Source: Sedimentisphaerales bacterium
Lineage (GTDB): Bacteria; Planctomycetota; Phycisphaerae; Sedimentisphaerales; SM23-30
Assembly (NCBI GenBank): GCA_963663805.2
Contig: CAXXMR010000030.1
Location: 1 to 64,000 of the forward strand
Length of the DNA stretch: 64,000 bases
Direction: 5' to 3'
Part shown: positions 33,810 through 44,395 of the stretch, piece after piece
Numbering within the stretch: the first letter of the stretch is position 1
Layout of the letters: each line of letters starts with the position of its first letter
The notes under the pieces: model-generated
Told to the model about the DNA's origin: nothing
The model's input: only the letters and a program-made list of their open reading frames with translations
The model's database searches: none
Position numbers and translations under genes: made by a program

Positions 33810-35920
33810 TATTTGCCGATCGTATTATCAGATATATTTTTAGACAAAGCTTCTATAATCTGGGGCTGTTGAGGATTAAGACTCAGAGACTTACCCCAAT
33901 TTTTGATGGCTAGATCCATATCTCCATATTGGCGTAAGAGGAAACCCAGTTCGCCGAATATACGGTAATCTTCCGGTTCTATACGACCCAGATCATTGAA
34001 AACCTGAATAGCTGAAATCAAATTGCCTTGGGATTTAAACAAATATGCTAAATTCCAACGAGGAACACAGTAATTATTATCTAACTTGGCGGATCGTTCA
34101 TAAAAACCAATGGCCTGCTGATTCAAACCGAATTCCGCCAGCAGGGTTCCCAGGTTATTCATCTCCTCTTTCAGGCCGGCGCTTAATTCTGCTGTGCGGT
34201 CGATATATGTAAATGCCTGATTAAAATCTTCCTGTCGCAGAGCATTAGATGCTAAATGAAAATAATAGTCAGATAAAATAATGGTAGCGGCGTGGTCCCG
34301 AGCAGTTTTCAGATCGTCCAGATTACGATAATAATAGTTCGGCAGATGTGTTTCGACTTCTTCAAGCTTTTGGTTGGGTGGCACGATTCTTACTAACATA
34401 CCAAAGGTGGCGGCAGTATATTCTGGCAATAGGTCCATTCTGGGTTTAACTGTGTAATATACCGGTCGTCCAGACTTTTTTATGAGCCAGGCCTCGATTT
34501 CTTCTCGTTGTCGGCGGGTACGAATGAGTTTAACTGCCTGAGGCATGTCTTTATAGATTTCATATTCAATATAACCATATTTATCAGCCAGTGTAACATC
34601 CGGACGTAATCCTTCTACAAAATGACGATATATAATGGGGAAGGTGTTATGATCTCCTGATGGTATCAAAATAGCATTTGGACTGAGGGATTCTAAAATG
34701 TTACCGGCATGGTCATAAGCGTAATAATAATTTCGCATATTGTTATGCTGATAATTGGTTGCTGTTATTGTTAAGAGCAAGGCCAGAGGCAGATATGCCA
34801 ATAAGGATGATGGCAAATTAAGCGGCTTAAGATGTGCTATTATTCGAGATATTCGTTGCATGCCAAGAGCCAGGAAAATCGCTGTAATGACATAAGCCGG
34901 CAGTTGAAATACTTGAGTACAAAACACATCCTGTCTTTGGAAACTCATGTTTAATATTTCCAATAGACCTATGGTATGGATCAGCCATAATCCCAAACAA
35001 AGAATAAATAATCCCTTGTTTTTACGAATCAGAACCATGGCACCAATTATTATCAGAGGCATGGCAAAGAGCGTGTATTGCCTAGTATTCCATTGCCACA
35101 AGATACCCAGATGCCCCAGGATGCGATGAGGGCTGCGAGGAGCGTGCATGGATTCATCGGCATATTGCTGACGCAGGACATGACGCTGGAAGTTTTCCAG
35201 ATTGTCAGGGTTGCCCCAGTTCATATAAGGATCGCTTCCTGCTGCCAGGGGCAGGTATAGATAGGGCAGAAGCCCAATGGCAAGTGCTAATATACAGATA
35301 ATAACTACTTGCAATTTTAAGAATATACGTGGATTGCGGACAAGTAAGGTAATAATCAATACTGGCCCTAATAATACGGCCAGATGATGATTGGCTAAGG
35401 CCAGGCCGGTCAGGAAAGAGATAAGATATAATAAACCATTTTTGGGTTTTTCAATCCAGGCCAATAAGAAATGCAGTATCAGACAGAATAATATGATATG
35501 CAAGGTATAGACCTCGGTTATAACGGCCTGGGACCAGAGATGTCTTCCGGCGGCAAAACAGATGGCTCCAGTTACCGCAAAAATGGGTCTAACCCCAAAG
35601 AAACGTTGCAAGGTTCGGCAGAACACGGCAGCGGCAGACGCTGCCAGTATCGCCGAAAGCAGGTTAACCCGAAAGGCCACAGATTCAAATATAAAGAATA
35701 TCCGAATCGCCAGCCAACCCAGCATGGTCCAGAGCGGATAGCCGGGCGGGTGGGCTACCCCGCCTTCCCAGGCGGCAGCGATCAGTTCCCCACTATCTTC
35801 ACCGGTTACCGTGGGGGCCAGGGTAAAGCCATAGATTATCATGCTGACGACAAATACCAGCAAGGCCGGAAAATACTCATACCGTTGTTTGGGGGCGATG
35901 GCTTTGTTTGGTGTTTTCAT
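33809..35920 (-). CDS. DUF2723 (TMEM260-like) GT-C membrane protein with C-terminal TPRs
   Basis: TLAPTV..EDSGEL, VAHPPGYPLW, LWSQA.ITEVY, YLYLPL, GDHNTFP, TPR repeats. Confidence 0.85.
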   Translation of the reverse strand: MKTPNKAIAPKQRYEYFPALLVFVVSMIIYGFTLAPTVTGEDSGELIAAAWEGGVAHPPGYPLWTMLGWLAIRIFFIFESVAFRVNLLSAILAASAAAVFCRTLQRFFGVRPIFAVTGAICFAAGRHLWSQAVITEVYTLHIILFCLILHFLLAWIEKPKNGLLYLISFLTGLALANHHLAVLLGPVLIITLLVRNPRIFLKLQVVIICILALAIGLLPYLYLPLAAGSDPYMNWGNPDNLENFQRHVLRQQYADESMHAPRSPHRILGHLGILWQWNTRQYTLFAMPLIIIGAMVLIRKNKGLFILCLGLWLIHTIGLLEILNMSFQRQDVFCTQVFQLPAYVITAIFLALGMQRISRIIAHLKPLNLPSSLLAYLPLALLLTITATNYQHNNMRNYYYAYDHAGNILESLSPNAILIPSGDHNTFPIIYRHFVEGLRPDVTLADKYGYIEYEIYKDMPQAVKLIRTRRQREEIEAWLIKKSGRPVYYTVKPRMDLLPEYTAATFGMLVRIVPPNQKLEEVETHLPNYYYRNLDDLKTARDHAATIILSDYYFHLASNALRQEDFNQAFTYIDRTAELSAGLKEEMNNLGTLLAEFGLNQQAIGFYERSAKLDNNYCVPRWNLAYLFKSQGNLISAIQVFNDLGRIEPEDYRIFGELGFLLRQYGDMDLAIKNWGKSLSLNPQQPQIIEALSKNISDNTIGK

Positions 35921-38157
35921 GATGCAGCCCTCCCTGGCGTCTTTTTAACAGCCAGATAAGTCATAATGGCCAGGGTCAGCAAACTCAGGGCGGCGGAGCA
36001 ATAGAAATACCAGGGCCGTCGATAGCTAAATTCCAAATGATGTTCTCCCGCCGGCAGGATCAGGGCCGGCAGAGTCTCAGCGATGCTGTGAAGAGGCTCT
36101 GGTTTATCATTAATCGTGACAGACCAGCCGGGGTAATAGGATTGACTTAGTACCAGCATACCTGGCTGAGTGAGGGTTAGATTGAGACTGATATGGTCCT
36201 GACTTCTACTGTAAACAGCGGAAATATCCTCGGGCGGGATCTGTTCCAGTTGGGATAGTTCTGTCAGGGAATCCGGGGCTTGGCCGGGGAGTTGATAATT
36301 CTGTATTCGTTCCCGACAGAGCCGATTCTCATAGAGGGCATACATTTTACCGGAAAACAAGTTACGCAAATTATCTGTGTCGGCAGGCGGCGGGCCTTGA
36401 GTCAGGTCATAGACTAAGAAACGAACCTGAAATATACCGGCCAGCTTCAGAGCCTGTTCGAGAGTTTCCGGATTATGGAGCTGAGGATAGATCTGCTGCA
36501 TGAAGGTCCAGTGGGTGGCCTTGGGGCAGGACCAGTTAAGCCAGTACCAGGCACTATCGCGTTTGCTGAGATGGATGAACATGTCAGCTAGAGGGTTATA
36601 GGATTCTCGGGCCAGGAATCTACCGGGCAAGTCTGAATCATCCATGATTTGGGCAATTTGGCGAAGTTCGGTGACTTTTTGTTCAGGTTCATGTTTATGG
36701 AAACATTCGCGATAAGGATAGTAGTCCAGCAGAGTCAGGCTGATTAATACTACTATTAGTATGATATAGTTTTGCTTTTTCCAGTTTCGGCTGAAATAAT
36801 GAACCATAATCGTTGCTGCCAGGGTTAATACCAAAGGCGGCAAAGCCGATATGAAATAACCGGGATTACGCATGTGGGAATATAGGGGAGTCAGACTCAA
36901 TAGTCTGAACAACGGCAGATAAAATGCTGCTAACAACAAACCGAGAATCAAGGTGAGCTTAAGAGATGAAGTGGCCGGGAAATGCAATTTATGACGCAAG
37001 TACAATAATAATATGGCAATGCCGGCCAGAGCTACAAATACCGCAGGCAATAGATAAGGATGATCGTCGGCATAGGTTAGATGGTGATATAAAGTATACA
37101 TCTGCCCGGAGAAATTTTCGTAGAGGCTATAGATTCCCGAAGCGGACCAAATCGCTCCGAGCAGAATAAGCCCCAGGCCCGGCAGCCATCGCAAATAGCC
37201 GATTTTCTTTTTTGTCAGGAAGAAACTACCGCCCAGAATCAGGATACTGAGACCCAGATAGTAATTGCCGGTATCGGCACGGTCCCGGTCCGGAAGATAA
37301 GGGGCCAGCTTGGACATCAACCAGCCGTTTCGGTCAATTAGATAGAACATATTGTTCATACCGAACATTTCGCGACAGCTCTGCAGGATGGGTTCGGGAA
37401 AAAAGGCCAGATTACGACCGTCCAGGGTCATGGGAATAATAAAAAAAGCTCCTAAAAGAAAAGCCAGTAGGCCTGCGCCAATCAGCCAGGCTGTTCGTAT
37501 GGACCAAGTACCAACGGTGTTTTTATTAGGTAAGCCATCTTTTATAAAGAAGAATAGATACAGAAAGGGCAACGAAGTGAAAGCTCTTTCTGTGTCTATC
37601 CAAACACCCAGCATAATAAATATTGCAGCCCAAAAAAGCCGAGAGCGATTTGGCTGCTCATATAAACGCCAGAGCATCAAAAATATTACGGGCAGAATCG
37701 CAAAATATGGAGCCAGATTGGTGTGACCGGCAGTACTTAGGGGATAGATAAAAATGGGACAGATCATATAAGTTAGTCCGGCCCAGAAAGACAGGAGGAC
37801 TCGTCTGGTTAACAAATTGCATAGCCAGAACATACTTGCCCCAGCCAGACCTAAATAAAACAAAACCGCAATTTTGATTGATTGTTCGATTGAAAAGAAT
37901 AGTGTGAAGGGTAAGTAGCCCATAACGTTCCAATTCAGGCTTCCGCCTAAAATTGAATTGGCACTGCCGCAGAACCGTCGAGAGGACCAGTTACTAAAAT
38001 CAAAGTTTATGACAGAATCGTGTATTTCACTGACAACGGCAACTGCTCCGGCAAAATCATTAGGGGGCATTATATCGGTTAGCCAATATTTGCCCCAGAA
38101 GAAGATAATTATCTGATAGGCAATAAGGATTAATGAAATCTTGATATACTTTTGCAA
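35917..38157 (-). CDS. YfhO-like multi-TM GT-C glycosyltransferase
   Basis: Many TM helices; C-terminal LVLSQSYYPGW...LPAGEHHLEFSY plus a TM helix. Confidence 0.7.
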   Translation of the reverse strand: MQKYIKISLILIAYQIIIFFWGKYWLTDIMPPNDFAGAVAVVSEIHDSVINFDFSNWSSRRFCGSANSILGGSLNWNVMGYLPFTLFFSIEQSIKIAVLFYLGLAGASMFWLCNLLTRRVLLSFWAGLTYMICPIFIYPLSTAGHTNLAPYFAILPVIFLMLWRLYEQPNRSRLFWAAIFIMLGVWIDTERAFTSLPFLYLFFFIKDGLPNKNTVGTWSIRTAWLIGAGLLAFLLGAFFIIPMTLDGRNLAFFPEPILQSCREMFGMNNMFYLIDRNGWLMSKLAPYLPDRDRADTGNYYLGLSILILGGSFFLTKKKIGYLRWLPGLGLILLGAIWSASGIYSLYENFSGQMYTLYHHLTYADDHPYLLPAVFVALAGIAILLLYLRHKLHFPATSSLKLTLILGLLLAAFYLPLFRLLSLTPLYSHMRNPGYFISALPPLVLTLAATIMVHYFSRNWKKQNYIILIVVLISLTLLDYYPYRECFHKHEPEQKVTELRQIAQIMDDSDLPGRFLARESYNPLADMFIHLSKRDSAWYWLNWSCPKATHWTFMQQIYPQLHNPETLEQALKLAGIFQVRFLVYDLTQGPPPADTDNLRNLFSGKMYALYENRLCRERIQNYQLPGQAPDSLTELSQLEQIPPEDISAVYSRSQDHISLNLTLTQPGMLVLSQSYYPGWSVTINDKPEPLHSIAETLPALILPAGEHHLEFSYRRPWYFYCSAALSLLTLAIMTYLAVKKTPGRAAS

Positions 38158-38514
38158 CGGGACCTCGTGATGTTTTGTGTCTTTGACTGGAAAAATGTTG
38201 AGTACATCTTCCGATCTTAATAATAAAAAAAATGTTCTATAATTATTTGCTAATGATAATTATTAAACAAGTTACATGCTATATTATTTTTTTAAGTTTT
38301 TTTATTTGACAAACCCCACATATCCCTGTAGTTATTTGTCATCGATAGTGAATGTGTTGTTTCTGCGGTGCTGTTTTGGCCGCCGTTTGGAAATGGGGAG
38401 ACACGCTCGATCTTGGAATCGGGAGGGTCTCATCGGTCTGGGAATAGTAGTACTTTTGGTTCTGGCGTAGTTTGCTCTTATGGTGGAGTTTTTGCGCCAG
38501 GGGAAGGTCGGAGT

Positions 38515-39342
38515 ATGTCTATTCATATTGAAGTGCCTGTGGCGTATGCCGGGCTCAATGGTCGGTGTGTATCGGTTGAAACCATTCGCCCGGGGGCGGA
38601 TTGTCTGGTGGTTATCCCCACTTACAATGAACGCGAGAATATCGCTGCAATGATCGGGGCCTTGCGTTCTCTGTCGGAGCCGGTAGATATCCTGGTAGTC
38701 GATGATAACAGCCCAGACGGTACCGCTGCTGTGGTACGTAAGCTAATTGCTTCTCAGGACGGAATTTATCTCTTGCATCGACCGGCCAAGCAAGGGCTTG
38801 GCAATGCTTATAAAGCCGGGTTTGCCTTTGCCTTGCGACATGGCTGGTCGTATATCGTGCAGATGGACGCGGATTTCAGTCATGACCCTACCGATGTCCC
38901 GCGTTTGCTTGCGGCCTGCCGGGAAGGCGGGGATGTGGTGATTGGTTCCCGTTATGTCAAAGGGGGACGTATTGCTGGCTGGCCGCTGAAACGCTGGCTG
39001 CTTAGTCGTTGTGCTAATCTGACCACACAGATCATGTTGCGTAGTAATATCAAAGATGTTACCGCGGGCTTTAAATGTTTTCGGAAAGAGGCTTTAGAGA
39101 AAATTGATCTAAGCAAGGTCGCCAGCGAAGGCTATATATTCCAGGTGGAAGTTAATCATCGGGCCAAGCTGGAAAAGTTGAGTATTAAACAGATTCCCAT
39201 CTGCTTCACAGATCGACGTCAGGGAGTAAGTAAGATGGGTAAGGATGAGGCTGCGGCAGGATTAAGACAGCTTTGGAAATTAGCTTGTCATAAAGTGACG
39301 AATAATTCCAATGAATTAACATCGTATAAGGATGTGGTATGA
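38515..39342 (+). CDS. Polyprenol-monophosphomannose synthase (DPM1/Ppm1-like GT2)
   Basis: IPTYNERENI, VDDNSPDGT, QMDADFSHDP, GSRYV.GG, F.DR..G.SKM. Confidence 0.9.
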   Translation: MSIHIEVPVAYAGLNGRCVSVETIRPGADCLVVIPTYNERENIAAMIGALRSLSEPVDILVVDDNSPDGTAAVVRKLIASQDGIYLLHRPAKQGLGNAYKAGFAFALRHGWSYIVQMDADFSHDPTDVPRLLAACREGGDVVIGSRYVKGGRIAGWPLKRWLLSRCANLTTQIMLRSNIKDVTAGFKCFRKEALEKIDLSKVASEGYIFQVEVNHRAKLEKLSIKQIPICFTDRRQGVSKMGKDEAAAGLRQLWKLACHKVTNNSNELTSYKDVV

Positions 39343-39615
39343 AGAATAGATTTTTCTTACTTTCAATGATAATGTTTATGGCTTTTTTATGTGGCACAAT
39401 TTGTGCAGATAATATCTTTCCACAAGAATGTAACGAGCATAACCCAGATAATTTACCGGAGCCCATGCTCTGTACACGAGAATGTCAGTGGGGCAAACAA
39501 GGAGCCAAAATTTTAATAACATGTAAAGGTTGTAATGCGAAAGTTACACCTGCAAAAGGATATCTAGACGGTAATTGTCAAGTCAAATGAGACAGTTCCG
39601 GAATTAAATTAAGCT

Positions 39616-40626
39616 CTAAACTAACACTTGGATTTCCTTGTTTTGTGGTGGATTGATCCAGACGGCTTGCGGGGGCAATGCGGCCTGGGGTGGTTTGTTC
39701 ACAAAACGCTTGGGATATCGCTGATAGGCGGCATCCAGGGCATTTTGGCGGTCGATCTGGATTTGTTCGACGCGGCCATAATGGACGTCGGACGGGGTAT
39801 ACAGACTGATGCCGGAGTGGCGATGCTCCTCATTGTACCACCGGAAAAATTCCACCGCAAAGGCCCGGGCATCCTGAATGCAGCCGAACCGGTCGGGATA
39901 TTGCGGCCGATACTTCATGGTCTTGAACTGGCTTTCCGAATACGGATTGTCATTAGACACCTGTGGACGGCTGTGGGTTTTCGTCACACCCAGGTCCGAG
40001 AGCAGCTGGGCGACGACCTTGGATTTCATTGACGAGCCGCGGTCGGCATGCAGCGTGAGTTGATCCTCGGCAATATTCTGCTTATCGCATGTTTCGCTAA
40101 TCAACCGCTTGGCCAGGGTAGCCGATTCTCTCGCGGCGATCATCCAGCCCACGACATAACGGCTGAATACATCCAGGATGACATACAGATAATAATACGT
40201 CCACTTGACCGGACCTCTCAACTTGGTGATATCCCAGGACCACAGTTCGTTGGGCCCGGTAGCCAGCAGTTCCGGCTTGGCATAGACCGGATGCGAGGCC
40301 ACCGCCCGCCGTTCCCGCACTTCACCCTGAACGTCCAGCAGGCGATACATCGTGCGGATCGAACAGAGATAACGGCCTTCTTCCAGCAACTGGGCATAGA
40401 CCTGGGCAGGAGCCAGATCAATGAACCGCGGGGCATGCAGCACATCCAGTACGGTTTGCTGTTCGGCTTCTGAGAGGGCATTCTCCGGTCGTGGGCGTTT
40501 GCTCGGCATGGTCTCATTGGTGTTATTCCTGGCCTGCTGACGATAAAACGATGCTCGGGGAACATCCAATGCCTCACACAAGGGCAGGACCCCGGTTTGA
40601 TCGCGATAATCTTCAATCAGTCTCAT
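39616..40626 (-). CDS. IS3 transposase OrfB
   Basis: WSWDIT, LDVFSRYVVGW, HADRGS, SNDNPYSESQFKT.KY, WYN..HRH. Confidence 0.9.
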   Translation of the reverse strand: MRLIEDYRDQTGVLPLCEALDVPRASFYRQQARNNTNETMPSKRPRPENALSEAEQQTVLDVLHAPRFIDLAPAQVYAQLLEEGRYLCSIRTMYRLLDVQGEVRERRAVASHPVYAKPELLATGPNELWSWDITKLRGPVKWTYYYLYVILDVFSRYVVGWMIAARESATLAKRLISETCDKQNIAEDQLTLHADRGSSMKSKVVAQLLSDLGVTKTHSRPQVSNDNPYSESQFKTMKYRPQYPDRFGCIQDARAFAVEFFRWYNEEHRHSGISLYTPSDVHYGRVEQIQIDRQNALDAAYQRYPKRFVNKPPQAALPPQAVWINPPQNKEIQVLV

Positions 40627-41132
40627 GAGTTCTCCTCGTTGTCCAACGGCGTCTCGATCGGATTGCCCATCATCGCGGCCACTTTTTTTTGAATCTCAAT
40701 AATCAGTTCCGCCTGACGGAGCTTTTTGGTCAGCCGTTCATTGTCACGACGAAGCTGCTCGAGTTCCCGGTCCCGGCTGTCACGGGTGGTTTTGCGACCC
40801 CGCTGGTCATCTTTGAGGCCCTTGAGGGCACCACTGTGGTATTGGCGTCGCCACAAGGTCAGGGCTGAGGAATACAATCCTTCCCGCCGCAACAGTTGGC
40901 CGATCTGACCGGGGCCGGTACAACGCTGGGCCTCTTCGACGATACGAGCCTTGTAAGCCGCCGTGTGCCGCCGCCGGGTCGGCCGGGACAATACCTCCGG
41001 ATTAGGGACCGGGCCCGCCGTCGCCGAATTGTTGGCCCCTCCGTTCGGCTCGCCTCCGCTGCGCTGCGGCTCACCTCTCTCCGGGGCCAACAATCCCTCT
41101 TTCTTTCGTGTAGTATCCATACGCTCCAGCAT
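40623..41132 (-). CDS. IS3 OrfA
   Basis: RRR..AAYKARI, LLRREGLYSS.L..WR, IIEIQKKV. Confidence 0.85.
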   Translation of the reverse strand: MLERMDTTRKKEGLLAPERGEPQRSGGEPNGGANNSATAGPVPNPEVLSRPTRRRHTAAYKARIVEEAQRCTGPGQIGQLLRREGLYSSALTLWRRQYHSGALKGLKDDQRGRKTTRDSRDRELEQLRRDNERLTKKLRQAELIIEIQKKVAAMMGNPIETPLDNEENS

Positions 41133-41687
41133 ACCAAATCACTCCCTGCCCTCAAGTCTAATTAATGACAAGGAACTGTCTCACTTATTCTGGCACAGAG
41201 GGGAGCCATATTGGACGATAAAGTGCCTTGATGCTTTCCAGGGAGATTTAAGTTGCCCCGGGTATGATGATTATATTTGGTATGTGCAGATAGCGGACGA
41301 GCAATATGGCGCTAAATACTTGAAAGAATATTATTCTTTCAGCTATGCAGATGTCAATTATGGTGATAATGATCTGCTCAGTGTAGGGTTGAACACTCGT
41401 GAATATTGTAGTACGATTGAATCAATAAGTAACGTCAAGATTTATCGTCAAGTGATATATTTAGTAGAAACGTCCTATACGACATGCCATACTAGCTGGG
41501 CCATACACTGTTTAGATATAGAGCGTGTAGCTACGGTAGGCGTTTCCAATAGATGCGGCAAAAAGCGGTTTTGCAATAGCATAGGAATGCCCTACCCACC
41601 GGCACCAGGGCTATAAGTTTGTTTAACTACATGAAATATTATTGATTTTACGGCATTTGCCTAACCATAGCATGGCGTTGTATAAGA

Positions 41688-42356
41688 GTGATAATTATGC
41701 TTAAGAAAGCAGTTTGGGGAATTGGGATTATTATGATTGCATTGTATACAATGTGCTATGCACGAGAATATACCGCAGGTTATATCCCGTCATCATGCAC
41801 CGAATACGTTGCATGTGGCATGCCGAGGCCCGATTATATGAGAATAAGGTATGATTGGGGCAAACAAAAAGCTAGAATTTTGATTACCTGCGAAGGATGC
41901 AACACAAAAATTACACCAGCATACGGCGTGCCTACTTTCCCAGATATCGCTTCGTGGGATCCGCCTAATTTGCCATGCGGATGTGTACGTGGATATGTCG
42001 GTTTGCTTTGGGACACCCCTACCTTTTATGCTTCAATTTACAATGAAACATATTACAGTGTTTCTTACGACTATGGCTCATGTTCGGTTAACTTAAACAC
42101 CACTGAATACTGTAATACTACTGAAAACATTGGGAGAGTTAGGGTCTATGCAAAAACAGAATACGAAGTAACTGCTCGTTGGGATAGCCTCCATTACTAC
42201 TCATGCTTTTACGATTGCGCCTATGACGATGGTTCTGAGTCCCGTTTTTGTGGTCCTGTGACACGTGTAGCCACAGTGGGCGTTTCCAACAGATGTGGCA
42301 AAAAGCGGTTTTGCAATAGCATAGGAATGCCTTACCCGCCGGCACCGGGACTATAA
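41688..42356 (+). CDS. Cys/Tyr-rich secreted protein of unknown function
   Basis: Signal peptide; WGKQ.A.ILITC.GCN.K.TPA.G motif shared with the paralog. Confidence 0.75.
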   Translation: MIIMLKKAVWGIGIIMIALYTMCYAREYTAGYIPSSCTEYVACGMPRPDYMRIRYDWGKQKARILITCEGCNTKITPAYGVPTFPDIASWDPPNLPCGCVRGYVGLLWDTPTFYASIYNETYYSVSYDYGSCSVNLNTTEYCNTTENIGRVRVYAKTEYEVTARWDSLHYYSCFYDCAYDDGSESRFCGPVTRVATVGVSNRCGKKRFCNSIGMPYPPAPGL

Positions 42357-42418
42357 GTTTCTGTATTTAATGATATAAGTGTATTGATATGGTTCTGCAT
42401 ACAGTGAGAGGTGCTGAT

Positions 42419-42697
42419 ATGATTTTACGAATACGATTGGTTTTGCTACTATTGGTTGTCGTAACATTTTCTATGGTGGGTGATGTTGTGGCTAATACAT
42501 GTAGCAGTGGTAGCTGCGGTTCTAATTCAGGAGATAGTGATGTTGATCCTCGTGATGTCAGACGTACGCTCAGTATCAATAATGCATCTGCTCATGTTGG
42601 CAACTCCATTGATGGTGGTGAATCAAGTTATGGTTCGGTCAGCCAATTGGGAGGTAATGTCATAGAAGCTAATGTTGACGGCTTCTGGTTTGCTGCT
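42419..42697 (+). pseudogene. N-terminus of a secreted protein truncated by IS66
   Basis: GAGGT RBS, signal peptide, CSSGSCGS. The frame runs into the IS66 IR and no continuation follows the IS. Confidence 0.6.
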
Positions 42698-42755
42698 GTA
42701 AGTTTCCGGCCAAGTAGACCTTGGCTGACAATTGGTGGATTGCGGTTGGGGCGGG

Positions 42756-44282
42756 TTAATTTTGCGGGGTTTTCCAGTTGGCGGGCAGGAGGGTGTCGAT
42801 TTGGTTGGCGCCGGTGGTGGAGATTTTTCTGAGGACATAATTGAAATACGCGAATGGGTCGTGATTGTGGAGTTTGCAGCCGGCGACCAGGCTGTAGATT
42901 ATGGCGGCGCGTTCGGCTCCGGCTTCGCTGCCGGCGAACATATAATTTTTTCGGCCAATGACTACCATTCTCAGCGTTCGTTCCGAAAGATTATTATCGA
43001 TGCTCAGCCGTGGGTCGCTGGTATAGCGGACCAGGGCATCCCACTGGTTCAGGGCGTAGGTGACGGCTTTGCCCATATTATTTTTAGGCAGAACCTGTCC
43101 CTGATACTCATCCAGCTTCGCCCGGATTTCGGCAAAGATCGGCAGGGCTTCTTCCTGGCGGGCTTGCAAAAGTTGCTCCGGCGAATATTTTTCCGCTTTT
43201 GCCCGTCGCTCGATTTCATAAAGCTTACCCCAGAGCACCATAAAATGTGCCGCCCGCACCGGGTCGCTGTCTAAAGCGTATTCAAACTTCCGCCGCGCAT
43301 GCGCATTACAAGCCACCTCAACGGCATCGGTAGCCCGAAACAGTTCATCATAGCCGCTATAAGCATCGGCATGCACAAAACCCTGATAATCTCTGCCGAT
43401 AAAATTTAGCGGACCTTCGCGCGAACGCGTCGGCGTAAAATCAAACGCCACATTATAATCAGTATCGATATAAACCCACAAATAGCCCTTATACGTGGAT
43501 CCTTTACGGTTTTTGCTCTTGATGGGGATGGAGGTATCATCGGTATAAATGATTTCCGACTGCTGAATCTTCTCCCGCATACGTTTGACCAGCGGCTCCA
43601 GCAGTTCAGCGCAACTGCCCACCCAGTCGCACATGGTTGAGACGTTGATTTCCACGCCGTGCCGCTTAATAATACCTTCCAGACGGTTCAACGGCTGGTG
43701 GTCCGCATACTTGCTCGTTATGATATACGCCAGCAAACCTTCAGCGGGAATGCCTTTGTCGATCGCCATGGGCGGCAGTTCGCCGATTGAGATATTATTC
43801 TCGCAAACCTTGCAGGCGTATTTGCTTCTGACATAACGCTGAACATAAAAAGATGCGGGCACATAATCCAGCTTTTCGGTTACTTCCTCGCCGATACGTT
43901 CTTTTTCGTTATGGCATACCGGGCAGGTTTTTTCTTCTTCGGCAGGTTCAATGTCGATAGTTTCGCGGCGCAAATTTTCCGGTAGCGGCTTGCGGCCTTG
44001 ATGATTAGCATTCTTACGGCCTTTGACAACCTTGGCGCGTGAGGGCTTCTGCTGTTCAATCTTCTGTTGAACTTCCTCGTAAAGATTTTCAAACAACAAA
44101 CGCTGAGCCGGATCGAGCTTTTCGCTTTTCTTGCCGAACAACTGCCGCTTGAGATAATACAACTGGCCGCTGAGATCATCAATCTGACCCAACAGCGTCA
44201 GAACCATCTCTTTAAGAGTGGCAACATCATCGGGAAGCTGCTCGACAGAGCTTTGAGCGGTTATCTTTTCAGCCATCATCAA
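42756..44282 (-). CDS. tnpC: IS66 transposase TnpC
   Basis: LFGKKSE, zinc finger, KYADHQPL.R, HADAYSGY, C.AHARRKF, IDNN.SER.LR. Confidence 0.93.
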   Translation of the reverse strand: MMMAEKITAQSSVEQLPDDVATLKEMVLTLLGQIDDLSGQLYYLKRQLFGKKSEKLDPAQRLLFENLYEEVQQKIEQQKPSRAKVVKGRKNANHQGRKPLPENLRRETIDIEPAEEEKTCPVCHNEKERIGEEVTEKLDYVPASFYVQRYVRSKYACKVCENNISIGELPPMAIDKGIPAEGLLAYIITSKYADHQPLNRLEGIIKRHGVEINVSTMCDWVGSCAELLEPLVKRMREKIQQSEIIYTDDTSIPIKSKNRKGSTYKGYLWVYIDTDYNVAFDFTPTRSREGPLNFIGRDYQGFVHADAYSGYDELFRATDAVEVACNAHARRKFEYALDSDPVRAAHFMVLWGKLYEIERRAKAEKYSPEQLLQARQEEALPIFAEIRAKLDEYQGQVLPKNNMGKAVTYALNQWDALVRYTSDPRLSIDNNLSERTLRMVVIGRKNYMFAGSEAGAERAAIIYSLVAGCKLHNHDPFAYFNYVLRKISTTGANQIDTLLPANWKTPQN

Positions 44283-44395
44283 TCCGTAACGTTTAGTAAC
44301 TTCGTCATCCTTAACGATGAGATTATGATAAGCGAAATGATGAAAAAAGCAAGCATAAAAATGAGAAAATATGTAATATTCTTAACTCTAAGAGC

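Larger units (their letters stand above)
39571..41200 (-). mobile_element. IS3-family insertion sequence
   Basis: orfA/orfB; IR cores TGAGACAGTTCC (~39588) and GGAACTGTCTCA (~41172). Exact ends uncertain by a few bp. Confidence 0.9.
39339..41616 (+). pseudogene. Cys-rich secreted protein interrupted by IS3 (paralog of 41688-42356)
   Basis: Removing ~39571-41200 restores the frame (...KGYLDG|EPYWTIKC...). Signal peptide; the last 30 aa are identical to the paralog. Confidence 0.8.

Noticed and set aside
40963..41616. 217-aa ORF as an independent gene
   Set aside because: It is a chimera of IS3 antisense sequence and the 3' half of the interrupted 39339 gene.
39339..42356. Diversity-generating retroelement TR/VR pair
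   Set aside because: No reverse transcriptase in the window. Differences between the repeats are synonymous and not adenine-specific.
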